The notes under the pieces: generated by a model
The model's input: the letters and a program-made list of their open reading frames with translations, nothing else
Told to the model about the DNA's origin: nothing
Database searches by the model: none
Program-made: the position numbers and the translations under genes
Source of the DNA: an uncultured Lachnospiraceae bacterium
GTDB lineage: Bacteria; Bacillota; Clostridia; Lachnospirales; Lachnospiraceae
Length of the DNA stretch: 64,000 nt
NCBI GenBank assembly: GCA_910578475.1
Contig: CAJTRK010000008.1
Location: 31,082 to 95,081 of the forward strand
Direction: 5' to 3'
In this document: in pieces, positions 36,813 to 46,127 of the stretch
How positions within the stretch are numbered: the stretch's first letter is position 1
Layout of the letters: each line of letters opens with the position of its first letter

Positions 36813-37793
36813 ATGAAAAGAGTACACCCATTGAGAGCAGTCTATAAAGTAATTGATAATACATCTGCTGAGGACAAGAAAACACATTTAAGGGAATTTC
36901 CTAAAATAATCGAACTGGAACTTACGAATATCTGTAATTTTAAGTGTATGATGTGTAAGACCGGAGACGGAAGTTCCATACGAGAAAAAGGCATGATGAC
37001 AGACGAGATATTTGATAAGATGATTGCTGAAATCAAAGACAGGGATGTTGTGCTTAAATTTGTAGGACATGGTGAAAGCCTTTTGCACCCAAATTTCCTG
37101 AAATACGCCAAAATTGCGAAAGACAACGGCATACTCTGTCATCTTACAACAAACGGCAGCCGTTTGACGGAAGATATTATGCAGCAGCTTATCGATATGA
37201 AATTTGATTCTGTTAAATTTTCATTTCAGGGCATAGACAGAGAGAGCTATTTATTCATGAGACGGACAGACTTTTTTGATGGTCTGATGGATGTTATCAG
37301 TAAATTTTCCACGCTCAGAGGAGAAAAGGAAGCTCCCTATATTTCGCTCTCAACTTCTGTTACAGATGAATCGGAAGCGCAAATTGAGGAATTCAGGAAT
37401 AAATGTGAGAAGATTTGCGACGAACTGGAGGTTGGAAAGACCTCTCTTGAGTGGCTGAATACAAGCTTAATAGAAGACGAAAAGAAGCGGCATGAAATAG
37501 AAACAATGAAAAACGAGCAGGCGGGTTATAAAATACGTTATCGTTGCTGCACGCAGGTATGGGATATATTGCGGTTATGCTGGAATGGCGATGTAGGTTC
37601 ATGCTGCGGTGACTGGGACGGAGTTATGGTCTTGGGAAATATAAAAGACAATACGCTGAAAGAATTATGGACCTGTGACAAACAAAATTCATATAGGGAA
37701 ATATTGGCTGTTGGAAATTATGAAGCGCTCCCGTTGTGTAAACATTGTTATGACTATATGGGATATACGGGGAATGAAAACAAACTGGTTTAG
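36813..37793 (+). CDS. Radical SAM enzyme with a Cys-rich SPASM/twitch-like C-terminal domain
   Basis: LELTNICNFKCMMC is a CX3CX2C motif (36933-36956). The C-terminus reads CCTQVWDILRLCWNGDVGSCCGDWDG...LCKHC. GGAGGA precedes the ATG at 36813, which is 4 nt after the upstream stop. Confidence 0.8.
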   Translation: MKRVHPLRAVYKVIDNTSAEDKKTHLREFPKIIELELTNICNFKCMMCKTGDGSSIREKGMMTDEIFDKMIAEIKDRDVVLKFVGHGESLLHPNFLKYAKIAKDNGILCHLTTNGSRLTEDIMQQLIDMKFDSVKFSFQGIDRESYLFMRRTDFFDGLMDVISKFSTLRGEKEAPYISLSTSVTDESEAQIEEFRNKCEKICDELEVGKTSLEWLNTSLIEDEKKRHEIETMKNEQAGYKIRYRCCTQVWDILRLCWNGDVGSCCGDWDGVMVLGNIKDNTLKELWTCDKQNSYREILAVGNYEALPLCKHCYDYMGYTGNENKLV

Positions 37794-37829
37794 TCCTCAA
37801 GCTCGCAGGCTGAAAGAAAGGCATGGTTA

Positions 37830-38900
37830 ATGATGGACATCTCATGGTATAAGGGTAAAAAAGTATTGGTTACCGGTCATACGGGGTTTAAGGGTGCATG
37901 GCTTTGCCAGACTTTGTTTCTGGCAGGCGCGGACGTTGTGGGTTATGCCTTAAAAGCAGCTGAAAACTGCGCTTTATTCGACTTAATACATCTGGAAAGC
38001 CATATGAAATCAATAGAGGGCGATATACGGGATTTAGAACATCTGATGAAAGTTCTGACTGAGGAAAAGCCGGAAATTGTAATTCATATGGCGGCGCAGC
38101 CGCTTGTAAGAGAATCTTATAAGGAACCGGTATATACATATGAGACCAATGTAATGGGAACGGTAAATGTCCTTGAGTGTATAAGACAGACGGATTGTGT
38201 CAAATCGTTTCTGAATGTCACGACGGACAAAGTTTATCATAATAAGGAATGGGAATGGGGATACCGTGAAAATGAGGAACTGAACGGTTATGACCCCTAT
38301 TCCAATTCGAAGTCCTGCTCGGAACTTGTCACAAGCTGCTATGTCAATTCTTTTTTTCAGGGCCTGGACATGGCGGTTTCCACGGCCAGGGCCGGAAATG
38401 TCATAGGCGGCGGAGATTTTGCAGCAGACCGGATATTGCCCGACTGCGTAAGAGCGGCAATGAAAAAAGATGATATTATTTTGCGGAATCCGTATTCCGT
38501 CCGGCCTTACCAACATGTGCTTGAGGCTTTGAACGCATATTTAACGATAGTGCGAAAACAGTATGAAGATAAAACTTTAGCGGGAAGTTATAATGTTGGA
38601 CCGGATGAAAACGGATGCTGCTCGACAGGTGAGCTTGCGACAATATTCTGTGAAAAATGGAATGATTTGACGGGGGCAGGCATCAAATGGATTGCACAAT
38701 CGGATGCGGAAGCTGTGCATGAGGCGAATTTTTTAAGGCTGGATTCATCGAGGATAAAATCCGTTCTTGGATGGAGGCCTGTTTGGAATATTGAAACCGC
38801 GATACATAAGACTGCGGACTGGTCAAAGGCGTATGCCGATAACGAGGATATGGAGAAGATTACGAATGTGCAGATTAGGGAGTATTATCGGATGCAATAG
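37830..38900 (+). CDS. rfbG: CDP-glucose 4,6-dehydratase
   Basis: WYKGKKVLVTGHTGFKGAWLCQTLFLAGADVVGYAL, YSNSKSCSELV and the length (356 aa) are typical of RfbG. Confidence 0.85.
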   Translation: MMDISWYKGKKVLVTGHTGFKGAWLCQTLFLAGADVVGYALKAAENCALFDLIHLESHMKSIEGDIRDLEHLMKVLTEEKPEIVIHMAAQPLVRESYKEPVYTYETNVMGTVNVLECIRQTDCVKSFLNVTTDKVYHNKEWEWGYRENEELNGYDPYSNSKSCSELVTSCYVNSFFQGLDMAVSTARAGNVIGGGDFAADRILPDCVRAAMKKDDIILRNPYSVRPYQHVLEALNAYLTIVRKQYEDKTLAGSYNVGPDENGCCSTGELATIFCEKWNDLTGAGIKWIAQSDAEAVHEANFLRLDSSRIKSVLGWRPVWNIETAIHKTADWSKAYADNEDMEKITNVQIREYYRMQ

Positions 38901-38943
38901 AGCATTATCTAAAGTCAAAACTGCAGTTTGCACTTATATTGTA

Positions 38944-39189
38944 ATGAAAGAGTGGATTGAGAACGGAGAGTTTCATCAAGTCAATAAAATTGTAGTTGTG
39001 GGAACAAAACGGCAGGCAGTTATGGTTAAATATCTTTTTCGGAAGTCCGAGAAGAACATATATTATTGTGAGAAGCCTGACCAAATTTGCGAATGTAAAA
39101 ACAGAACCAAATGGATTGTATTTGAAAACAAAGCAAAGAGAAATCTTTTGCGTAAAGATTACCATGTATTGATAGTGCCTGATATTTGA
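38944..39189 (+). pseudogene. Possible decayed or orphan copy of the Rossmann-like module (82-aa ORF with no RBS)
   Basis: KIVVVGTKRQAVMVKYLF...IYYCEKPD...DYHVLIVPDI loosely follows the recurrent module pattern. No Shine-Dalgarno sequence precedes the ATG at 38944. It lies in a 305-nt gap. Confidence 0.2.
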
Positions 39190-39206
39190 GTATCTGGGAG
39201 AAGACA

Positions 39207-40457
39207 ATGAGAGTATTAGTAGTTGATGTGAATTTTGATTATAAAAATCCGATGTATCGACAATTTTATACATCCCTTATGGGATGTATGGAAGTGGATT
39301 TTTTTGGACCGGGGTATGTATCGCGAGCGTGTCTGGAAAAGGGAATCGGCCAATATTTAAGTGAAAATGGAAAATATGATGCAATATTAGTGGGAACTTA
39401 TTTTGTCTATTCTTCAGGGGAAAAAGGATTACGATTTGATGCTTATAAGGTACATCGGCATACGATACCTTTTTATCGTGTGAATGATGCCTGGCAATGT
39501 TGTGGCAAAATACTGGAAGAACTGAAAAAGATTGAGGGCATCGTTAAATTATTTATATATTATGAAGACTTTATGTCATTGCCTGTTGGTGATAAAAGCA
39601 TCTGCCAGAAACTAATCGACTGCGGTTTCTATATTCTGAGCTGGCCGATAGAATATATGAAAGAGTATTCTGCGAGGCTGATGCACCAATATAGTTATCT
39701 GACAAATAACGCATATAAATTAGCCAGTGAATATACGGCAAATTATGTACCGATTCCGCTTCACGGAATTGGATATCATGAAATATTTATCAGAAATTTT
39801 TCTGACAGGGACTATGACTGGTGTATTCCCGGAAATAGAGCAAAAATTTATTATCCGGAAAGAGCCGTAGTGCACGAGACGCTGGAAGAAAAACGGAAAA
39901 AAATATGGGATGACGACCCTTTTCAAACATTATCCGTTGATACAATCAGGCGGGAACATATGGAATGGTATCACTTTCGGAATAAGCAGGAAAAAATTTT
40001 GTCCTGGCTGTGGGGGAAAGATAAATATATCCCATCCCATCCCAAAATGAATTATATTGCAGCTTGCAGAGAACAGTACCTGGAGAGTATGAGAGCTTCG
40101 AAACTTGTATATGCGGACTGCGGAGCCGGTATGTGTTTTGTGAGAAAGTATTTTGAAGCCGGAGCATGTGGAGCGGTATTGGTTGCAAAAAAAGTTCCGG
40201 GAATGAAAGAAATGGGATTTATCCATGATGTGAATTGCATTATTGTGGAAAAATATGATGACATCATAAATATTGATAAAAAATACACAATGCAGGAACT
40301 GGAAGTTATTGCAAAAAATGGCCAAAAGTTTATTATGGAAAAGCATATGCTTGTTCACAGGGCGGAGGCATTGTCACGGACGATAAAGTCAATTATGGAT
40401 GGTAATTATATCGGCGCATTTTGGGAAGATGGAAATTATATGATAAAGCAAAGATGA
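39207..40457 (+). CDS. Hypothetical protein, divergent CgeB-like / GT-B C-terminal domain
   Basis: LVYADCGAGMCFVRKYFEAGACGAVLVAKKVPGMKEMGFIHDVNCIIVE resembles the sugar-donor half of GT-B enzymes. The ATG at 39207 follows GGGAGAAG. Confidence 0.35.
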   Translation: MRVLVVDVNFDYKNPMYRQFYTSLMGCMEVDFFGPGYVSRACLEKGIGQYLSENGKYDAILVGTYFVYSSGEKGLRFDAYKVHRHTIPFYRVNDAWQCCGKILEELKKIEGIVKLFIYYEDFMSLPVGDKSICQKLIDCGFYILSWPIEYMKEYSARLMHQYSYLTNNAYKLASEYTANYVPIPLHGIGYHEIFIRNFSDRDYDWCIPGNRAKIYYPERAVVHETLEEKRKKIWDDDPFQTLSVDTIRREHMEWYHFRNKQEKILSWLWGKDKYIPSHPKMNYIAACREQYLESMRASKLVYADCGAGMCFVRKYFEAGACGAVLVAKKVPGMKEMGFIHDVNCIIVEKYDDIINIDKKYTMQELEVIAKNGQKFIMEKHMLVHRAEALSRTIKSIMDGNYIGAFWEDGNYMIKQR

Positions 40458-40467
40458 GGGAACAGAG

Positions 40468-41601
40468 ATGGATTTTATACCAGTAAACGAACCGCTGTTA
40501 AATGGAAATGAGAAAAAATATTTATGTGAATGTATTGATACGGGATGGATTTCTTCGGAAGGTCCGTTTGTTAAAGAATTTGAAAACAAAATGAGCGCAA
40601 CAGTCAATCGGAAATATGGCATTGCCGTATCCAACGGAACGGCGGCGTTGGAGGTAGCGGCCCAGGCGCTCGGAATTCAAAAAGGCGATGAAGTAATCAT
40701 GCCTGCATTTACGATTATTTCCTGTGCTATGGCAGTTACGAAACTTGGAGCGGTTCCGGTATTGGTAGACAGCAGTCTGGATACCTGGAATATGAATGTG
40801 GATGAAATAGAAGCCAAAATAACGTCCAGAACAAAGGCAATTATGATTGTTCATATATACGGTCTTCCGGTTGACGCAGAGCCGATTCTTGCGCTTGCGG
40901 AGAAATATAATTTAAAAATCATCGAAGATGCGGCAGAAATGCACGGACAGACCTATAAAGGTAAATGTTGTGGAAGTTTCGGCGATATCAGCACATTCAG
41001 CTTTTATCCGAATAAGCACATAACAACCGGCGAAGGCGGCATGATAGTTACGGATGACGAAGAGCTGGCGGAAAGATGCCGTATGCTGAGAAATTTATGC
41101 TTTAGAAAAGATTTCAGATACATGCACGATGAAATCAGTGATAATTACAGATTTACGAATCTGCAGGCGGCAGTCGGACTCGCACAGTTGGAAAGACTGG
41201 AGGAGTTTGTGGAGCGTAAAAGAACAATGGGCAGCTATTATACAGAGAAGCTGCGCAAGATAGAAGGCGTAACGCTCCCTGTTGAAAAGACGGAATATGC
41301 GGAAAATATTTATTGGGTATATGGATTGTTATTGAAGGAAGACATGCAGGCCGATAACCGGGAAGTACAGAAGCTGCTGGCAGAGGAAGGAATTGGTTCA
41401 AGAACCTTTTTCTGGTGTATACATGAGCAGCCTGTATACCGTAATATGGGATTATTTTTGGATGAAACTTATCCCAATGCCGAGTATCTTGCAAGAAAAG
41501 GGTTTTATATTCCAAGCGGTCTGGCACTGACAACGGAACAAATGGACGAAGTAGTGCGGAAGCTGACGAAAGTAATGGAACTGTTAAACAGGCGGAAATA
41601 A
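40468..41601 (+). CDS. DegT/DnrJ/EryC1/StrS-family PLP sugar aminotransferase
   Basis: IPVNEPLLNGNEKKYLCECIDTGWISSEGPFVKEFE, SNGTAAL and FSFYPNKHITTGEGGMI. The catalytic Lys is present, so this is an aminotransferase rather than an E1-type 3-dehydrase. Confidence 0.85.
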   Translation: MDFIPVNEPLLNGNEKKYLCECIDTGWISSEGPFVKEFENKMSATVNRKYGIAVSNGTAALEVAAQALGIQKGDEVIMPAFTIISCAMAVTKLGAVPVLVDSSLDTWNMNVDEIEAKITSRTKAIMIVHIYGLPVDAEPILALAEKYNLKIIEDAAEMHGQTYKGKCCGSFGDISTFSFYPNKHITTGEGGMIVTDDEELAERCRMLRNLCFRKDFRYMHDEISDNYRFTNLQAAVGLAQLERLEEFVERKRTMGSYYTEKLRKIEGVTLPVEKTEYAENIYWVYGLLLKEDMQADNREVQKLLAEEGIGSRTFFWCIHEQPVYRNMGLFLDETYPNAEYLARKGFYIPSGLALTTEQMDEVVRKLTKVMELLNRRK

Positions 41602-41644
41602 AGCGGAAAAATATTGGAAAACAGTATCCGGAGGTATGAGGTAA

Positions 41645-42793
41645 ATGAGAAAGAAAATTGGATTATTACTGCCTACAAGGCCGCAGGATGGAGGACAGCA
41701 TCAGTATGCTTTATTGATTATGAACGCCCTTGTAAAAAAGAAAGATGCCGATTACGATTTGGTAGCATTCTGCGGAAACGATTATTGGCGCAAATGGTGT
41801 AAGAAAAAGGGAGTGCGGTATATAAAACATTCCATGCCGGATATTTCCATGAAAGAGAGGCTGTTTAATTATCGATTTCCATTGCCTGCAAAGTTATATT
41901 ATACCTATATGACATCATTTGGAAAAACAATCCGGGCAGAAAAGATAGATATCCTGTTTTCTACGCAGCAGGGAATGTATCTGCCTGATTATGCGGTAAA
42001 ACTGATGAGTCCGGTGCATGACCTGATGCACAGATATGAACCGGATTTCCCGGAAGTCAAAGATTCCTTCGAAAGCCGTGAGCTTCATATGAAGAGTCTG
42101 GCGAAATACACAACCTGCATACTGGTAGACTCCAAAGTAGGTAAAAGACAGTTCGAGGAATCTTATATCAAAACAAAAAAAAGACGACCGCATATTATCA
42201 GTCTGCCGTTTATAGCGCCTGAACATATACAGAAAACAGAAGAAGCGTACATAGAAGTTCCCGATAAATATGTTTTCTATCCTGCGCAGTTTTGGAAACA
42301 CAAAAATCATGTGAATCTGCTGAAAGCAATTCAAATCCTGGCGGAAAGCCTCAGCGATATCCATCTTGTTTTGGTCGGTTCGGAAAGAAATAACGGCAGA
42401 GAGATAAAAAAGTATATTCGGGATAATGGATTGGAAAGCCATGTTACGATTTTGGGGTTTGTCAGTGATGAAAATATAACTTACCTGTACAGACATGCGG
42501 TCGGCCTGATAATGCCTTCTTATTTCGGACCAACGAATATTCCGCCGTTAGAGGCTATGGCGCTTGGATGTCCGGTGGCGGTATCCAATAAATATGCCAT
42601 GCCCGAACAGGTAGGCAGGGCAGGATTGTTATTTCATCCCGATTCGCCGGAAGAGATGGCAGACTGCATCAAAAGATTATGGACTGATGATAAGCTAAGA
42701 GAAAGAATGCGGAAAGACGGATATCAGAGAAGTAAGATGTGGACAAAAGAGAAATTTGAAAAGAAATTATACAAAATTATAGATACCATTTAA
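41645..42793 (+). CDS. GT4 (GT-B, group 1) glycosyltransferase
   Basis: FYPAQFWKHKNHVNLLKA, LVLVGSE and LIMPSYFGPTNIPPLEAMALGCPVAVSN. Confidence 0.8.
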   Translation: MRKKIGLLLPTRPQDGGQHQYALLIMNALVKKKDADYDLVAFCGNDYWRKWCKKKGVRYIKHSMPDISMKERLFNYRFPLPAKLYYTYMTSFGKTIRAEKIDILFSTQQGMYLPDYAVKLMSPVHDLMHRYEPDFPEVKDSFESRELHMKSLAKYTTCILVDSKVGKRQFEESYIKTKKRRPHIISLPFIAPEHIQKTEEAYIEVPDKYVFYPAQFWKHKNHVNLLKAIQILAESLSDIHLVLVGSERNNGREIKKYIRDNGLESHVTILGFVSDENITYLYRHAVGLIMPSYFGPTNIPPLEAMALGCPVAVSNKYAMPEQVGRAGLLFHPDSPEEMADCIKRLWTDDKLRERMRKDGYQRSKMWTKEKFEKKLYKIIDTI

Positions 42794-42824
42794 ATCAGCA
42801 CATATATTCATAAGGGAGAAGAAT

Positions 42825-43259
42825 ATGGGACATGTAGAAGAAGTAAAGAAAAAAGATAAACTGCTGGCAATGATTATTCGTAACGATTATACTTGTGAAG
42901 GCGTGGATTTTATCACGCCGAACGAGTATTCACAGCAGGTAGCTTATATGCACCATCCGACAGGCAAAACGATAGACGCGCATGTGCATAATATGGTTCA
43001 CAGAAATGTGGTATTAACACAGGAAGTTCTGTTCATCAAAAAAGGTATTTTAAGAGTGGATTTTTACGATGAATACGAAGACTATCTGGAAAGCAGAGAT
43101 TTGCATGCCGGAGACATTATACTGCTTGTTTCGGGCGGACATGGTTTCCAGGTGTTGGAAGAAGTTGAAATGATAGAGGTCAAACAGGGGCCTTACGCCG
43201 GGGACCAGGATAAAAAAAGATTCGAAGGCGTGGACAATGCTCAGATAGTATATCGGTGA
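42825..43259 (+). CDS. Cupin-fold protein (sugar isomerase/epimerase-like; specificity unknown)
   Basis: HHPTGKTIDAHVH...VLFIKKGILRVDFYD...GDIILLVSGGHGF follows a two-motif cupin pattern. It lies between GT and methyltransferase genes. Confidence 0.45.
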   Translation: MGHVEEVKKKDKLLAMIIRNDYTCEGVDFITPNEYSQQVAYMHHPTGKTIDAHVHNMVHRNVVLTQEVLFIKKGILRVDFYDEYEDYLESRDLHAGDIILLVSGGHGFQVLEEVEMIEVKQGPYAGDQDKKRFEGVDNAQIVYR

Positions 43260-43275
43260 CAGGGAAGAGAAAGGC

Positions 43276-44047
43276 ATGGTGAACAGTATGGAAGTTTTTC
43301 AGGATTATGCGTATTACTACAATGCGTTTTATCAGGATAAGGACTATACGGCCGAAGCAAAACAGGTTGACGAACTGTTGAAGAAATACGGAGAGAATGT
43401 AAAGAATATAATTAATTACGGATGCGGGACCGGCAGACACGATATTGAACTGGCCAAAATCGGATATTGCTGCACCGGCATTGATATGAGCCGGCTCATG
43501 ATAGATATCGCAAAAGAAAACAGTCAAAATGAAAAGATGCCGATTCATTTTGAGGTGGGCGATATTCGGAATTATGAGCCTGAAAAAAAGTATGATGCGG
43601 TTATATCGTTATTTCATGTTATAAGTTATCAGAATGAAAATAAAGATATACTGGATGCTTTTTGTTCTGCAAGAAAAGCTTTAGATGGGGGGGGGCATTT
43701 TTTTGTTTGATGTATGGTATGGACCAGGCGTATTGAGCGATAAACCGGAAGTGCGGGTAAAAGAGGTCCAGGATGATAAGCACAGACTGGTGCGTATTGC
43801 AAGACCTGTTATGTATGATGAAAAAAATGTCGTAGATGTTTGTTATGAAGTACTGGTTATCAATAAAAAATCAAATGAAACAAAAATGATAAACGAAACA
43901 CATCATATGCGGTATTTCTTCAGGCCGGAACTGGAATTTTATTTGAAAAACGCAGGGTTTGAATTGGTCGATAATCTGGATTGCATGACGCTCGGAAAAA
44001 CCGGTTACGATTCGTGGACAAGTTACTTTGTCGCGAAAGCTGTGTAA
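43276..44047 (+). pseudogene. Class I SAM-dependent methyltransferase split by a frameshift in a G9 tract (candidate phase-variable gene, OFF as sequenced)
   Basis: ORF 43276..43710 (IINYGCGTGRHDIELAK...LFHVISY...ARKALDGGGHFFV-stop) and ORF 43685..44047 (GGGIFLFDVWYGPGVL...) are consecutive parts of one methyltransferase. The junction is G9 (43687-43695) followed by CA and T7. Removing one G fuses them into a protein of about 256 aa. Confidence 0.8.
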
Positions 44048-44072
44048 TGATGATTGTAAAGGGAGGAAGCTC

Positions 44073-45122
44073 ATGGTAAAGCTGTTAGTCTGGGGAACCG
44101 GAAACTTTGCGCGAAAATTTATAAACAACGGGTATGGAGGAGAAATCATCGGATTTATAGAAACACATAAATCTGCCGACAGGTTCATGGACAGGCCGGT
44201 ATTCGACAGCCGGAATCTGCCGGAGGAATACGACTATATTATTGTTGCCAATTCTTATGTCGCAGAGATATATGATTTGTGCCTGAAACAAAATATCGAT
44301 ATTTCCAAAATGATTTTTTTATACGGTGTAAAAAACAGGATAGGCTGTGCCGAACCTTCCGTATTAAAGGAAATATTATTAGAAAAAAATTATACGGTTT
44401 ATTGTGCGGAGTTTCATTTACTGGAAGATACGTTTTTGAATGTTGATATGGCTGAATATCAGCGATTAAACAAACGTCCCAGTTTTGATATCCGGGAGCA
44501 GTACATGTGGCCGGTTATCAAGGATAAATATTCTTATGCCGGAACCATCGGAAACTATTTCTGGCAGGATTTATGGGCGGCGAGACTGATTCTGAAATCG
44601 GGCATCCGGCAGCATTTCGACATCGGCTCCAGACTGGATGGGTTTATTGCTCATTTGCTGGCGGCGGATATAGACGTTACGATGATTGACGTCCGCAAAT
44701 TTCCGGGAGAGGTAGAACGCCTGCATACAATTGTGGATGATGCGACGAGCCTTCACCAAATACCTGATGACAGCATCGGAAGTATTTCCGCTTTATGCTC
44801 ACTGGAACATTTTGGACTCGGAAGATACGGCGATTCCATTGACCCGGAGGCATGTTTTAAATGCTTTGATAACATTCAAAGAAAAATGAAGAAAGGAGGC
44901 AGATTGTATATATCGCTTCCTATCGGAAAAGAAAGAGTGGAATTTAACGCCCACAGGGTATTTTATGCAAGCACGGTAGAAGAATGTTTTTCCTCTCTGC
45001 GGCTGAAAGAATTTGCCTGTACGGCGGAAGGAAAGATTGAATATAATGTAGATATTCATAAGTATGACGAAGACACTCACAACGGTGAGTACCGGTATGG
45101 CCTGTTCTTTTTTGAAAAATAG
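44073..45122 (+). CDS. DUF268-like putative methyltransferase with an N-terminal Rossmann-like module
   Basis: HFDIGSRLDGFIAHLL...VTMIDVR, SALCSLEHFGLGRYGD and KKGGRLYISLPIG. The N-terminus reads LLVWGTGNFARKFINNGYGGEIIGFIE. GGGAGGA precedes the ATG at 44073. Confidence 0.5.
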   Translation: MVKLLVWGTGNFARKFINNGYGGEIIGFIETHKSADRFMDRPVFDSRNLPEEYDYIIVANSYVAEIYDLCLKQNIDISKMIFLYGVKNRIGCAEPSVLKEILLEKNYTVYCAEFHLLEDTFLNVDMAEYQRLNKRPSFDIREQYMWPVIKDKYSYAGTIGNYFWQDLWAARLILKSGIRQHFDIGSRLDGFIAHLLAADIDVTMIDVRKFPGEVERLHTIVDDATSLHQIPDDSIGSISALCSLEHFGLGRYGDSIDPEACFKCFDNIQRKMKKGGRLYISLPIGKERVEFNAHRVFYASTVEECFSSLRLKEFACTAEGKIEYNVDIHKYDEDTHNGEYRYGLFFFEK

Positions 45123-45194
45123 ATTGTTTATGGATATCATGAAATAAAAGAAGATGAATGTCAGAAAACAATCATCATTCGGAGAATACATAAT

Positions 45195-46064
45195 ATGAAT
45201 ATTGTAAAGATATCCGATGGACTTGGAAACCAGATGTTTCAATATGCCTTTGCCCGTAAACTTCAGATAGATACGGGCAGAACAGTATATTTGGATATAC
45301 GTTATATTAATAACGAAGACAGGGATGCGCGAAAAGAAAATAATTATTATACCGACAGAAACGATTGCAGACAATATGGATTGGATAATTTCAGAATCAG
45401 ATTACCTGTTGCGGACGAGAAACATTTGCGGAACTGGAATTACCTTCATCAAAAAGGAAAAGTGCATCAGGGAATTTACACAATGGCAAAGAACGGCCTG
45501 TGGCCGTTTGGCTACTGTGATGAAGACATGAACGGTGTAAATACAAATACGAATCTGCCGATGTATTATAAAGGATATTTCTTTCATTTAAAATATTTCG
45601 ATGCCATCAAAGAAGAATTAAAAAAAGAATTTTTATTAAAGCACAAACTGAAACTGCCGGCAGAATTAAGAGAAATTTTATCAGACAACAATACCGTCAG
45701 CGTTCATGTGCGTAGAGGTGATTTTTTAAAACTGAACAGAGATATAAGCCGGAAAGACTATTATCCGAGAGCGCTGCAAATGATAGAAGCGAAGGTAGAA
45801 AATCCCATATACCTGTTTTTTTCCGATGATATAGCATGGGTAAAAGAAAATATAAGGACAAAGGGGAAGGCTGTCTATATCAGCGATATGGGATTTCGGG
45901 ATTATGAGGAATTGGCGATAATGAAACACTGTAAATACAATATTATCGCAAACAGCACTTTTAGCTATTGGGCGGCTTATTTAAATTCGCATCCGGACAA
46001 AATAGTAATTTGTCCCAGACATTGGAAAAGCAATATTATTCCGAAAGACTGGGTGTGCCTTTAG
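45195..46064 (+). CDS. GT11-family (alpha-1,2-fucosyltransferase-like) glycosyltransferase
   Basis: SDGLGNQMFQYAFARKL, VSVHVRRGDF and IIANSTFSYWAAYL are canonical GT11 motifs. Confidence 0.85.
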   Translation: MNIVKISDGLGNQMFQYAFARKLQIDTGRTVYLDIRYINNEDRDARKENNYYTDRNDCRQYGLDNFRIRLPVADEKHLRNWNYLHQKGKVHQGIYTMAKNGLWPFGYCDEDMNGVNTNTNLPMYYKGYFFHLKYFDAIKEELKKEFLLKHKLKLPAELREILSDNNTVSVHVRRGDFLKLNRDISRKDYYPRALQMIEAKVENPIYLFFSDDIAWVKENIRTKGKAVYISDMGFRDYEELAIMKHCKYNIIANSTFSYWAAYLNSHPDKIVICPRHWKSNIIPKDWVCL

Positions 46065-46127
46065 GCAGTTTTTGAATGAAATTATGATGGAAACGTCAGA
46101 CAGAAAAATGGAAAAGGAGAAAAATCA

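Noticed and set aside
38905-39273. A 122-aa minus-strand ORF in the gap between rfbG and the next gene.
   Set aside because: It has no RBS, recognisable motif or partner genes on that strand. It overlaps the start of the plus-strand gene at 39207.
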